Assembly: GCA_015493745.1 (NCBI GenBank)
Contig: WGCN01000029.1
Coordinates: forward strand, 5,137 to 69,136
Direction of reading: 5' to 3'
Source: Calditrichales bacterium
GTDB taxonomy: Bacteria; Calditrichota; Calditrichia; Calditrichales; J004
DNA: 64,000 bases
Of the stretch, positions 47,947 through 57,079 are shown in pieces. The position numbers were made by a program, and so were the translations under genes. Positions within the stretch are counted from its first letter, which is position 1. Each line of letters begins with the position of its first letter. The notes under the pieces were generated by a model. It saw only the letters and a list, made by a program, of their open reading frames with translations. It was not told where the DNA came from and did no database searches.

Positions 47947-48149
47947 GGGTTACGCTTCTGTTTAGTATTTTTCTCTTGAATGCCGGTATCACATCCCCGC
48001 CGTTTCTTCCCGATAAAACAGGATTCTCGGGGAAAAGGGCAATTTATCCGTTTTTTCCGCTTTGCCGTATTCCGTATGTCACAAAATAAGCTGTAAAACT
48101 TTTATCATCATTTGCTTTTTTTGCAGAGCCCTTAAACCCCGGCAGGCGG

Positions 48150-51100
48150 CTATTCCAGGTCATCCAGCTCGGACAGAATATCATCCAACTCGTCCTGATC
48201 CACGCCCGCTTCACTGAAATCCGATGGCGTATAGCCGCCCGCATCCCCGCTCAGGCTGTGTTCAATGATTTCCTCAAGGGCCGCTATAAGCTGCCGGGCC
48301 AGGGACTCGATTCCGCTTTCTTCAAGCGTACCGGCGGAATAGTTAAAGTTGAAATTCAATTTACCGTCCAAAATACTTGAAGTAATCTCAAGCAGGTGAC
48401 TGCGCCTGTTCAGCGGCCCCACCTCGTCCCCGGTTTCGCCGGGCATCATCTCAAAACGTCTTTTCATGGCTTCATCCTGCTCAAACTGACCGAGATAGTT
48501 AAACAGGACGGTGGCCCGGGGCAGCCCGGCCATGGCCGCGCGTATTTCATCCCCGGCCAGGTAGCGCATCAGCCCGTAGCCCATGCCGTTTCCGGGAATG
48601 GAACGGAAATCTTCCTTAATGTTTTTAATGATTTCACCCGTATCCCCGGCCGTGGTATGCAGATGAAAGGGGTAGAGCGTGGTAAACCAGCCGATGGTAC
48701 GGGCCAGATCCACCTCTTCGAACAGGGCTTCCCGGCCGTGACCCTCCATGTCGATGAGCAGGCTCCGTTTTCCGTGAAGCCGGCGCCAGGCCATGAACAG
48801 AGCGCTGAGTATATTTTCCACGATGCGTGTGTTATAGGTCTCCGGCACTTCCCGTTGCAGCTTGTCGGTTAAGGCGGCCGACAGGCTTACCGAAAGGGTT
48901 TTCATCTCCTTTTGCAGGTTTTCGCCTTTACCGTCGGCCGTAAGCGTAACGGCCTCCGCGCCGATATGCCGCTGCCAGAAATTCAGTTCATCCTGCCAGT
49001 CGTGTTCCCGGGCATATCTTTGTAAGCGTTCGGCCCAATAGCGGAACGAGGTCGATTTGGCAGGCAAAGAGGGTTCCGCCCCTTCCTGCAGCCGGGCATA
49101 GGCCCATTGCAGGTCTTCCAGTAAAATACGCCAGGAAACGGCGTCCACCACCGTATGGTGCATGGAGATAAACAGACGGTCTCCCAAACGGCCGTCCAGG
49201 GAAATATAGACCATTTTAAACAGGGGACCGTTTATAAAATCATGTCCCGCCTGCGTGCGGCGGACTATTGCCTGCAATTCTTCCTGTTGCCGTTTCAGGT
49301 CAAGCTTTTTTAGGTCATACCGGGCAAAAATATCCTGTTCCGCAGGCGCAGCGATCTCGGGACCACTATCCGGCCAGCGCAGGCGCAGCATGTCATGATG
49401 GGTGAAAAGGGTGTGCGCCACTTTTTCCAAAAGGGTGGTATCCAGCTCTTCATGACTTTTCAGCATGATCGACTGGTTCCAATGATGACGCCGGGCCAGG
49501 GGGAGTTCCGAAAACCAGCGGAGTATGGGAGTGGCGGTAAGCGCGCCGGAGACCGGCTCCTGTTCGGCGTGTATGGCCACACCCTCGCGGGCCACGGCCG
49601 CCAGTCCTTCGATGGTCGGGTATTCAAACAACTCGCGGGGGGTAAAGCTGAGTCCCGCGCGTCCGGCGGCGGAAATAAGCTGTATGCCCACGATGGAATC
49701 ACCGCCCAGTTCAAAGAAATTGTCCAAAACACCCACTTTTTCCAATTTGAGCGTTTTCTGCCAAAGTTCGGCCAGCAGGGCCTCCCGTTCATTCCGGGGA
49801 GCCACATAACTTGTTTCCAACCGGCTGCGACCCAGTTCCGAGGGATCGGGCAGGGCTTTGCGGTCGATCTTTCCGTTGGCGGTCAGGGGAATGGCCTCCA
49901 CAAAAATCCAGGCCGAGGGAATCATATAATCGGGCAGGGCCGATTTTAGCTCCTCACGCAGGGCACCCGGCGACGGCTGTTCGTCACGGCTGACGATATA
50001 GGCCACCAGGGCTTTTTCACTGCTGCCGAAAGCACGTACCAGTACCACGCAATCCTCCACGGAGGGCAGGTGGCGCAGAGCCTGTTCGATCTCCCCCAGT
50101 TCAATACGGAAACCGCGCACCTTGACCTGATGGTCGATGCGGCTGATGTATTCGATCTCCCCGTTTGGCAGAAAACGGCACACATCGCCGGTTTTATACA
50201 TGCGTGCGCCGGGACGGCTGCTGAAAGGATCCGGGATAAACTTCTCTGCGGTCAGATCGGGACGGTTGGCGTAGCCGCGGGCCAGTTGAACGCCGCCGAT
50301 ATGCAGTTCACCGGAAACACCCACGGGCACCGGGTTCAATGCCGGATTGAGAATGTAGAGCTGTGTATTGGCCACGGGACGGCCGATGGGCAGTTTCTCA
50401 TCCTCCCGTTGACTTGGGCAGGTGTAGTGGCTGACGTCGATGGAGGCCTCCGTGGGGCCGTAAAGGTTATGCAGCCGCGCCGAGGGCAGAATGCGGTAAA
50501 AATCGCGGCTCAGGGCGTAGGGCAGGGCCTCGCCCGAGCAGATAACATTTTTCAGGGAAGCACAGCCGGCGGCGGCAGGATCCTCCAGGAATACCTTGAG
50601 CATGGGCGGCACAAAATGCATGGTGGTGATATGTTCCCGTCGGATCAGCTCCGTAAGATAGGCCGTATCCTTGTGTCCTTCCTCCCGGGCCACCACCAGT
50701 CGCGCGCCATACATAAAAGGCCAGAAAAATTCCCAGACAGAAACATCAAAACTAAAGGGGGTTTTTTGCAGAACCGTATCCGCTTCCGTCAGCGGGTAGG
50801 CCTGCTGCATCCATTGCAAACGGTTAAGAAAACCCTCATGGGGTAACAGGGTACCCTTGGGCTTGCCTGTCGAGCCGGAGGTGTATATCATATAGGCCAG
50901 TTGCCGGGGATGGAAATCCGTTTTTGGCACAGGCGCGCCTGTACCGTCCAGCTCTTTATCCCAGTGGTCGGTTAGCACCAACCGGGTCGTCGTATCGGCA
51001 AATTTTTCGCTCAGGTCTGAGGAGGTGATAACGATCGGCGCTCCGGCGTCTTCCAGCATAAAACGTGTACGCTCCAGCGGATGCGCCGGATCCAGCGGCA

Positions 51101-54100
51101 CATAAACGCCTCCGGCGCGCATAATGCCGTGCAGGGCGATTACCAGCTTATCGGAGCGCTGCAGGCATACGCCCACGCGGTCTTCCTTTTTCAAACCGCT
51201 TTCCCTCAGGATGTGAACCAGCCGGTTTATCCGCCGGTCAAACTCATCGTAAGGGATCGTTTTGCCCTCATAGGTCAATGCCGGAGCGTCGGGTGTTTTC
51301 CCCGCCTGCTCCATGATCCGTTCCGGTACGGTTTTCCCCGTGTCGTAGCGCACCTCCGTCCGGTTCCACTGATAAAGGAGCTTGCCTTGCTCATCACCGG
51401 TACAGAGGGTGATGTTCCGCACCGGGGTATCCGTAGCGCTAACCACCTGCCGCAGGAGGTGTTTATAATGTTCCAGCAGCCGTTCAATGGTGTCATCGCG
51501 GAACAGGGCGCTGTTGTACTCAAAGGCGCCGCGTAAATTATCACTGTCAAACATTTCCAGCAACAGGTCAAATTTGGCCGTACCGCTGTCGGTGCGGTAA
51601 GGCTTTACCTGAAAGTGTTTGCTAAACTCGCGGGTATCATCCCCCTGCATGGAAAACATCACCTGAAAAAGAGGGGTGTGTTCCAGACTGCGTTCCACCT
51701 TAAGGGCGTCCAGCAGCTTTTCAAAAGGGTAATCCTGATGGCTGAGTATTTCCCGCGCCTTCTCCTGAACCCGGGCCAAAACATCGCGAAAACGGTCACC
51801 TTCTTTAAAACGGGTACGCATAACGATGGTATTGACAAAAAAGCCGATCAGGGCTTCCATTTCTTTTTGTGTTCGTCCGGCCACGGGGGTGCCGATAAGC
51901 ACATCGTTCTGGTTGGCATAATGATGCATCAATGTCTGAAAGGCAGCCATGAGAACCATAAAGGCGGTGGTGCCTTCGTCGGTACAGCAGTTGCGTATTT
52001 GCCGGGAAAGGTCTTCGCCCAGATCAAAATAAATGCGCCTCCCCTCGGCCTGGCCTCCCGCTTTGCGCGGAAAATCGGTGGGGATTTCCAGCAGCGGAGG
52101 CGCTCCCGCCAGTTCTTTCTCCCAAAATTGCAACTGACGGCGGGCATGGTCGCTTTCGATCCACTCGCGCTGCCAGACGGCCACATCTACATATTGTATG
52201 GCCAGGGGAGCCGTGTCCGGCTGCTGTTTTTCCACAAGACGGTCGTAATTCCGGCTCAGCTCGTGAATGAATATACCGTTCGACCAACCGTCGGTAATGA
52301 TGTGGTGGGCCACCAGCACCAGTATGGATTCATCTTCCCGCAAACGGATCAGATCCGTATGAAACAGGGGCAGCGTATCCAGTTGAAAGCTCACCCGGGA
52401 AAGGGCTTCCACCAGTTGGCGCGCTTTGTCTTCCGCCTCGCCAAAGGGCAGGGCGCGCAGGTCGTGTACCCTGAGCTTACAATGAAAACGGCCGTGGATT
52501 TTTTGCATGCCCTGTCCTTCCACCGTGTGAAAGGTGGTGCGCAGGATTTCATGCCGGTTTATCAGAAAATTCAGGCTTTGCTCAAACAGCCTGCTCTCCA
52601 CCGCTCCGTGGATGCGTATGGCTCCCGGTACGTTGTATTGCTTGTTACCCGGTTCCAGCTGGTCAATAAACCACAGACGCTGCTGGGCAAAGGAAAGCGG
52701 CATATAGGTTTGCCGGGCCACGCTTTTGATACGGGTCAGTTCGGCGGAAAAAACAGACGGGGATATTTCCGTCCGGGTTTCGTAATTAAACAAGGCGGCC
52801 AGTTCTTCCGTCCGCGCCGACAGAAAATCTTCCTTATGGAATTTGCGCCATTTATCGGCAACATTGTTGTTGATGTTTTGATGCAGGTAAAATTTAAAAT
52901 CACCAACCATCTGTGAGCTGTCCTTAAGGCCGTCGGTCATTTTTTGCCCCTGATACGGCTGAAGCATTTCTTCGGAAAAGGGGAGGGACAGAAAATCACA
53001 CAGACGCCGTATTTCCGCTTCCGGCCGGAAAAGCAAATCTTCAAAACGCAGCAGGATATGCCGCTCACCCGGTATCCGCTGCAAAAAGTCCAGAATATTT
53101 TGATGACTGTTAAGCCAGATCAGTTCTGCCAGTTGCTGACGGTTAAAGGGGTGTTTGTACTTAAAAAAGTTTTTATCCAGCTTGGCTTCGATAAAAGAAT
53201 AGATCATGGCGTAGGGATGCCGCAACAGATGGATATAGAGCGGCTGGTCAAAATCCTCTTCGGCCCGTTGCAGGATGGCCGGATCCAGGGCATAGGACGG
53301 TGTCTTGTCGACCAGCAGTTTCTGCTGGAGCCCCTCCTGCAGAAAATGATAAAAGTCCTTTACCGTGGTATCCTTGTTTTCGATATCACGCATAATCTTT
53401 TCGGCCTCTGCGGTGGAGAGGTGTTTGATCTCTTTCAGGGCCTGGGTGGTGGCTTCCAGCCACAGCGGCAGCTTTTCTTCCTTAAAAAAGCGATAACGCT
53501 CGCCCATGGTATTGAAGGAGAGAAGGTCTAACTCCGGTGGTGAAAACAGACCCGGATTCCCGGCCAACATGACCCGCAACAGGGTGGAGCCTGAGCGTGG
53601 CGGGGAAAGCAGAAAAACGGCTTTTTTATTTTTAGCCTTGTGCACCGGAGGAACCGTGCGCGGGGCCAGGGGCCGTACAATGCCCCGGAAGAGTTCGATG
53701 TCTTCCTCACGCAGCTTGTTTTTGGCCGATATGGGACTGCTGGACAGGACATAGTTCTTTTGTTCGGGAAAGGAAACATTGAATTGTTTCAGCACTTCCT
53801 GGGAAAAATATTCCTGGGCAAACATGGCAAATTCGGCGATACGCGGAGCCTGAAAGATCATGCCCACATGCAATTTTTGCTCCACCACCTCCTGCAAGCG
53901 GTTCATCAGCACCGCCGCCTTAAGCGAGTTCCCCCCCAGATCGAAGAAATTGTCATACATACTGATTCTCGAAACACCGAGAATATCCTGCCAGACCTCT
54001 GCCAGGTAAGACTCCAGCCGGTTCCGGGGGGAAACAAAACGGGCCTTGGCACGGGAAGTCTCTATGTTGATGTCCGGCAAGGCGCGGCGGTCGATTTTCC

Positions 54101-57056
54101 CGTTGGCGGTTAGCGGAAAGCTTTTTAGGGCGATGAAAAAGCCGGGAATCATATAGTCGGGAAGTTTCCGGCCGGCATATTGGCGCAGGTCGTCCGTCGG
54201 AATTTCCTGACCGTTTTCCGTAACATACCAGGCGGTGATGGCCTTTTCCGCGGACTCACCCCGTACCAGTACGACACATTCTTTAATTTTCGGGTGATCA
54301 AGCAACACCGCTTCTATTTCACCCAGTTCGATGCGGAAACCGCGCACCTTAACCTGATGGTCGATACGTTCCAGATATTCGATGTTGCCGTCGGGAAGAT
54401 AGCGGCACAGGTCGCCGGTTTTATACATCCGGCCGCCGTTGGCGGAGGTATAGGGATTGGCTATGAATTTTTCCGCGGTCAGAGCCGGCCGGTTGGCATA
54501 ACCGCGCGCCAGTTGCACCCCGGCGATGTAGAGCTCGCCCGCCACGCCCGGCGGTACGGGATTGAGGGCCTCATCCAGGATATAAACCCGGGTATTGGCT
54601 ATCGGCTTGCCGATGGGCAGCTTTTTATCGGATCGCTCCTGTGGGCAGATATAGGCGGTTACATCAACCGCTGCTTCCGTCGGCCCGTACAGGTTGATCA
54701 GGGTCGTATCCGGCAGGGTGCGGTAAAATTGTTGGCTCAGGGCATAGGGCAAAGCCTCTCCCGAGCAGATAACCCGTTTCAGCGAGCGGCATTCCGCGCT
54801 TTGCCGGTTTTCCAGAAAGACCTTGAGCATGGGTGGTACAAAGTGCATGGTGGTAACGCCGTGGCTCCGGATGATGTCGCAAAGATAGGCGGTATCCTTA
54901 TGACCCTCGGCATGAGCCACGGCCAGGGTGGCACCGTACATGAAGGGCCAAAAAAACTCCCAGACGGAGACGTCGAAGCTGAACGGTGTTTTTTGCAAAA
55001 CAACATCGCTCATGCCCAGGGGATAGCTCCTTTGCATCCAGATCAGACGGTTGAGGATGGCGCGATGTTCCAGCAGGGTGCCCTTGGGTTTACCCGTGGA
55101 ACCGGAGGTGTAGATCATGTAGGCCAATTGACGCGGGTCGATTTCAACCTGCGGAGCATCGGCCGCCTGGGAATTGAGCATTCCCAAATCCCTCTCGAGA
55201 ACAAGGGTTTTAACCGGCTGTTTATCAAACAATCCCTTAAGTGCCGGCTGGGTAATCATCAGCTTTACGCCGGAATCTTTCAACATATAGGCGCGGCGGT
55301 CGGCGGGATGGTGCGGATCGAATGGAACATAGGCGCCACCGGCCTTTAAAATCGCGTGCAGGGTGATTACCATTTCCACCGAACGTTCCATGCAAACACC
55401 GACACGGTTGTCCCGTCCCACGCCTTCGGCGATCAACAGGCGGGCCAGTTGATTGCTGCGCCGCTCAAAATCGGCATAGCTGATCCGGCCCTCATCAAAC
55501 AACAGGGCGGGGTGTTCCGGATGTTCCCGGGCGAAACGCTCCGTGTACTGATGGATGAACGGCCTTTGCGGGTAGTCCTCTTCCGTTTGATTCCAGTCCC
55601 CGAGTATGGCCTTTTTCTCTGCCGGCGTCAGAAGATTGATGTGATTCAGGGCGGTGCGCGGCTCGCGGCCGATCTGTTCCAGTAGATGGGTGAAATGGTG
55701 CATCATGCGTTCGATCGTTTCCGGTTCAAACAGGGCGCTGTTGTATTCGATGACACCATGGAGGCTGTCACGGCAGTCTTCCATGATCAACAGCAGATCA
55801 AATTTTGCCGTACCCGTTTCAAAATCTATGTTTTCCAGGGTCAGATCGCCGAAATTGAGCCCGGCCAGGGCGTCGCCCTGAAGTTCAAACATCACCTGGA
55901 AAAGAGGGGAAACCTGGTTGTTCCTTTGGGGTTGTACCTTCTCCACCACCTGTTCAAACGGCACATCCTGATGGTCATAGGCCTGGAAGGCCCGTTTTTT
56001 AACCCGGGAGAGAAAATCGAGAAAAGAGATATCTCCCTGACAGCGGGCGCGGATCACCAGAGTGTTGACAAAAAATCCGATCAGGGTTTCCAGCTCTTTT
56101 TTATTGCGGTTGGCAATGGGGATGCCCACGCCGAAGTCATCCTGATGGGAATAGCGGTACAGCAGGGTCTGGAAGGCGGCCAGCAGAGTAATGAATAAGG
56201 TGGTACCCGCCTGCCGGGATAATTCATGCAGTCTTTTTGTGGTGGCCGCGTCAATGGAAAAGTGATGATGACTTCCCTTAAAACTTTGCACGGCCTCACG
56301 CTTATGGTCGAAGGGCAATTCCAGCAGTGTGGGCATGCCTTTCAGTTCGGAAGACCAGAAATCGAGTTGTTTACGCAGCTTTTTTTCATCGGCGGCATTT
56401 TTTTGCCACCAGGCATAATCAAAATACTGGATGGGCAGGGCCTCGAGCGTGACGGAGGTATCTCCGTTGAAACGGCGGTAAAAGCGGGCCGTCTCATTGA
56501 TGAAAACGCCCATGGACCAGCCATCGGCCACAATGTGGTGGATGGTCAGCATCAAAACATGTGTCTGTTCGTCCAGACGGATCAGCCGGGTACGGATAAG
56601 CGGGGCCCGGGTTAGGTCAAAAGGAGTCTGGGCCTCGGCGGCGGCGATCTCTTCCAGGGAACGGGCATCCTTATTTTCCATGATCAGGGGGATAAAAAGC
56701 CCCTCCGCCTTATGCTGAACAGGCGCCCCTTTTTCGGTGCGGAAGAAAACCTGCAAAACCTCATGACGCTCGACAACGGCATTGATGCTTTTTTCCAGAT
56801 GGGCCGCGTTTAAGGGGCCGTAAAACTTAACCGCCGCACTGATGTTGTACAGCGGGCTTCCGGGAACAAGCTGGTCAAAAAACCATAAACGCTCCTGGGC
56901 ATAGGAGAGGGGATAGCTCTCCCTGTCCGGCCGGGGTTGTATGGTTTCCGGGCGGCTTTCTGCCGTACTCTTTTTTTTGCGGGCCTGTAATTTTTTCAGG
57001 AGAAGTTCGCGCTGTTCAGGGCTTAGGTTTTGCAGCTTTTTGGAAAGATCGCTCAT
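48150..57056 (-). CDS. NRPS, modules 2-3, with an embedded sulfotransferase domain (C-A-T-ST-C-A-T-E)
   Basis: HHIVADGWS and HHIITDGWS. Both A domains carry Ser-type codes (DVWHISLVDK, DVWHISLIDK). Carrier 1 is GGNSLKAAV. A ~280-aa ST insert follows. Carrier 2 is GGDSIVGIQ. E motif MHHTVVDAVSWRIL. Acidic tail DELDDILSELDDLE. Confidence 0.97.
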   Translation of the reverse strand: MSDLSKKLQNLSPEQRELLLKKLQARKKKSTAESRPETIQPRPDRESYPLSYAQERLWFFDQLVPGSPLYNISAAVKFYGPLNAAHLEKSINAVVERHEVLQVFFRTEKGAPVQHKAEGLFIPLIMENKDARSLEEIAAAEAQTPFDLTRAPLIRTRLIRLDEQTHVLMLTIHHIVADGWSMGVFINETARFYRRFNGDTSVTLEALPIQYFDYAWWQKNAADEKKLRKQLDFWSSELKGMPTLLELPFDHKREAVQSFKGSHHHFSIDAATTKRLHELSRQAGTTLFITLLAAFQTLLYRYSHQDDFGVGIPIANRNKKELETLIGFFVNTLVIRARCQGDISFLDFLSRVKKRAFQAYDHQDVPFEQVVEKVQPQRNNQVSPLFQVMFELQGDALAGLNFGDLTLENIDFETGTAKFDLLLIMEDCRDSLHGVIEYNSALFEPETIERMMHHFTHLLEQIGREPRTALNHINLLTPAEKKAILGDWNQTEEDYPQRPFIHQYTERFAREHPEHPALLFDEGRISYADFERRSNQLARLLIAEGVGRDNRVGVCMERSVEMVITLHAILKAGGAYVPFDPHHPADRRAYMLKDSGVKLMITQPALKGLFDKQPVKTLVLERDLGMLNSQAADAPQVEIDPRQLAYMIYTSGSTGKPKGTLLEHRAILNRLIWMQRSYPLGMSDVVLQKTPFSFDVSVWEFFWPFMYGATLAVAHAEGHKDTAYLCDIIRSHGVTTMHFVPPMLKVFLENRQSAECRSLKRVICSGEALPYALSQQFYRTLPDTTLINLYGPTEAAVDVTAYICPQERSDKKLPIGKPIANTRVYILDEALNPVPPGVAGELYIAGVQLARGYANRPALTAEKFIANPYTSANGGRMYKTGDLCRYLPDGNIEYLERIDHQVKVRGFRIELGEIEAVLLDHPKIKECVVLVRGESAEKAITAWYVTENGQEIPTDDLRQYAGRKLPDYMIPGFFIALKSFPLTANGKIDRRALPDINIETSRAKARFVSPRNRLESYLAEVWQDILGVSRISMYDNFFDLGGNSLKAAVLMNRLQEVVEQKLHVGMIFQAPRIAEFAMFAQEYFSQEVLKQFNVSFPEQKNYVLSSSPISAKNKLREEDIELFRGIVRPLAPRTVPPVHKAKNKKAVFLLSPPRSGSTLLRVMLAGNPGLFSPPELDLLSFNTMGERYRFFKEEKLPLWLEATTQALKEIKHLSTAEAEKIMRDIENKDTTVKDFYHFLQEGLQQKLLVDKTPSYALDPAILQRAEEDFDQPLYIHLLRHPYAMIYSFIEAKLDKNFFKYKHPFNRQQLAELIWLNSHQNILDFLQRIPGERHILLRFEDLLFRPEAEIRRLCDFLSLPFSEEMLQPYQGQKMTDGLKDSSQMVGDFKFYLHQNINNNVADKWRKFHKEDFLSARTEELAALFNYETRTEISPSVFSAELTRIKSVARQTYMPLSFAQQRLWFIDQLEPGNKQYNVPGAIRIHGAVESRLFEQSLNFLINRHEILRTTFHTVEGQGMQKIHGRFHCKLRVHDLRALPFGEAEDKARQLVEALSRVSFQLDTLPLFHTDLIRLREDESILVLVAHHIITDGWSNGIFIHELSRNYDRLVEKQQPDTAPLAIQYVDVAVWQREWIESDHARRQLQFWEKELAGAPPLLEIPTDFPRKAGGQAEGRRIYFDLGEDLSRQIRNCCTDEGTTAFMVLMAAFQTLMHHYANQNDVLIGTPVAGRTQKEMEALIGFFVNTIVMRTRFKEGDRFRDVLARVQEKAREILSHQDYPFEKLLDALKVERSLEHTPLFQVMFSMQGDDTREFSKHFQVKPYRTDSGTAKFDLLLEMFDSDNLRGAFEYNSALFRDDTIERLLEHYKHLLRQVVSATDTPVRNITLCTGDEQGKLLYQWNRTEVRYDTGKTVPERIMEQAGKTPDAPALTYEGKTIPYDEFDRRINRLVHILRESGLKKEDRVGVCLQRSDKLVIALHGIMRAGGVYVPLDPAHPLERTRFMLEDAGAPIVITSSDLSEKFADTTTRLVLTDHWDKELDGTGAPVPKTDFHPRQLAYMIYTSGSTGKPKGTLLPHEGFLNRLQWMQQAYPLTEADTVLQKTPFSFDVSVWEFFWPFMYGARLVVAREEGHKDTAYLTELIRREHITTMHFVPPMLKVFLEDPAAAGCASLKNVICSGEALPYALSRDFYRILPSARLHNLYGPTEASIDVSHYTCPSQREDEKLPIGRPVANTQLYILNPALNPVPVGVSGELHIGGVQLARGYANRPDLTAEKFIPDPFSSRPGARMYKTGDVCRFLPNGEIEYISRIDHQVKVRGFRIELGEIEQALRHLPSVEDCVVLVRAFGSSEKALVAYIVSRDEQPSPGALREELKSALPDYMIPSAWIFVEAIPLTANGKIDRKALPDPSELGRSRLETSYVAPRNEREALLAELWQKTLKLEKVGVLDNFFELGGDSIVGIQLISAAGRAGLSFTPRELFEYPTIEGLAAVAREGVAIHAEQEPVSGALTATPILRWFSELPLARRHHWNQSIMLKSHEELDTTLLEKVAHTLFTHHDMLRLRWPDSGPEIAAPAEQDIFARYDLKKLDLKRQQEELQAIVRRTQAGHDFINGPLFKMVYISLDGRLGDRLFISMHHTVVDAVSWRILLEDLQWAYARLQEGAEPSLPAKSTSFRYWAERLQRYAREHDWQDELNFWQRHIGAEAVTLTADGKGENLQKEMKTLSVSLSAALTDKLQREVPETYNTRIVENILSALFMAWRRLHGKRSLLIDMEGHGREALFEEVDLARTIGWFTTLYPFHLHTTAGDTGEIIKNIKEDFRSIPGNGMGYGLMRYLAGDEIRAAMAGLPRATVLFNYLGQFEQDEAMKRRFEMMPGETGDEVGPLNRRSHLLEITSSILDGKLNFNFNYSAGTLEESGIESLARQLIAALEEIIEHSLSGDAGGYTPSDFSEAGVDQDELDDILSELDDLE
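48237..49559 (-). other. Epimerization (E) domain, module 3
   Basis: Downstream of the GGDSI carrier (Ser codon 49695..49697). Contains HHTVVDAVSWRILLEDLQWAY. The next NRPS in the line begins with a DCL-type C domain. Confidence 0.85.
52782..53627 (-). other. Embedded CurM/olefin-synthase-type sulfotransferase (ST) domain, aa ~1144-1425 of the 2968-aa NRPS
   Basis: AVFLLSPPRSGSTLLRVMLAGNPGLFSPPELDLL (the Ala codon is at 53621..53619), LLVDKTPSY, YIHLLRHPYAMIYSF and LLRFEDLLFRPEAEIRRLCDFLSLPF. It lies between carrier Ser 1044 (53925..53927) and the next C domain, which starts MPLSFAQQRLWF at ~52715. Confidence 0.85.
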
Positions 57057-57079
57057 AAAGGTTGTTAATTCCTGTCGTT

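Noticed and set aside
48044-48244. 66-aa minus-strand ORF partly within the 203-bp gap upstream of the third sulfotransferase gene
   Set aside because: About half of it is an alternative frame of the NRPS C-terminus. It has no Shine-Dalgarno sequence, its composition is odd, and it carries no motif. It is most likely spurious, although the gap itself is flagged as a finding.
12691-57056. Possibility of hidden epimerisation by dual E/C domains, giving more D-residues than the two E domains imply
   Set aside because: I found no second N-terminal HH(I/L)xxxxGD-type motif upstream of the HHxxxDG motif in any C domain. Only the two C domains that follow E domains have the YPLSPMQQGMLFH-type start. 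A proper C-subtype HMM classification would settle this.
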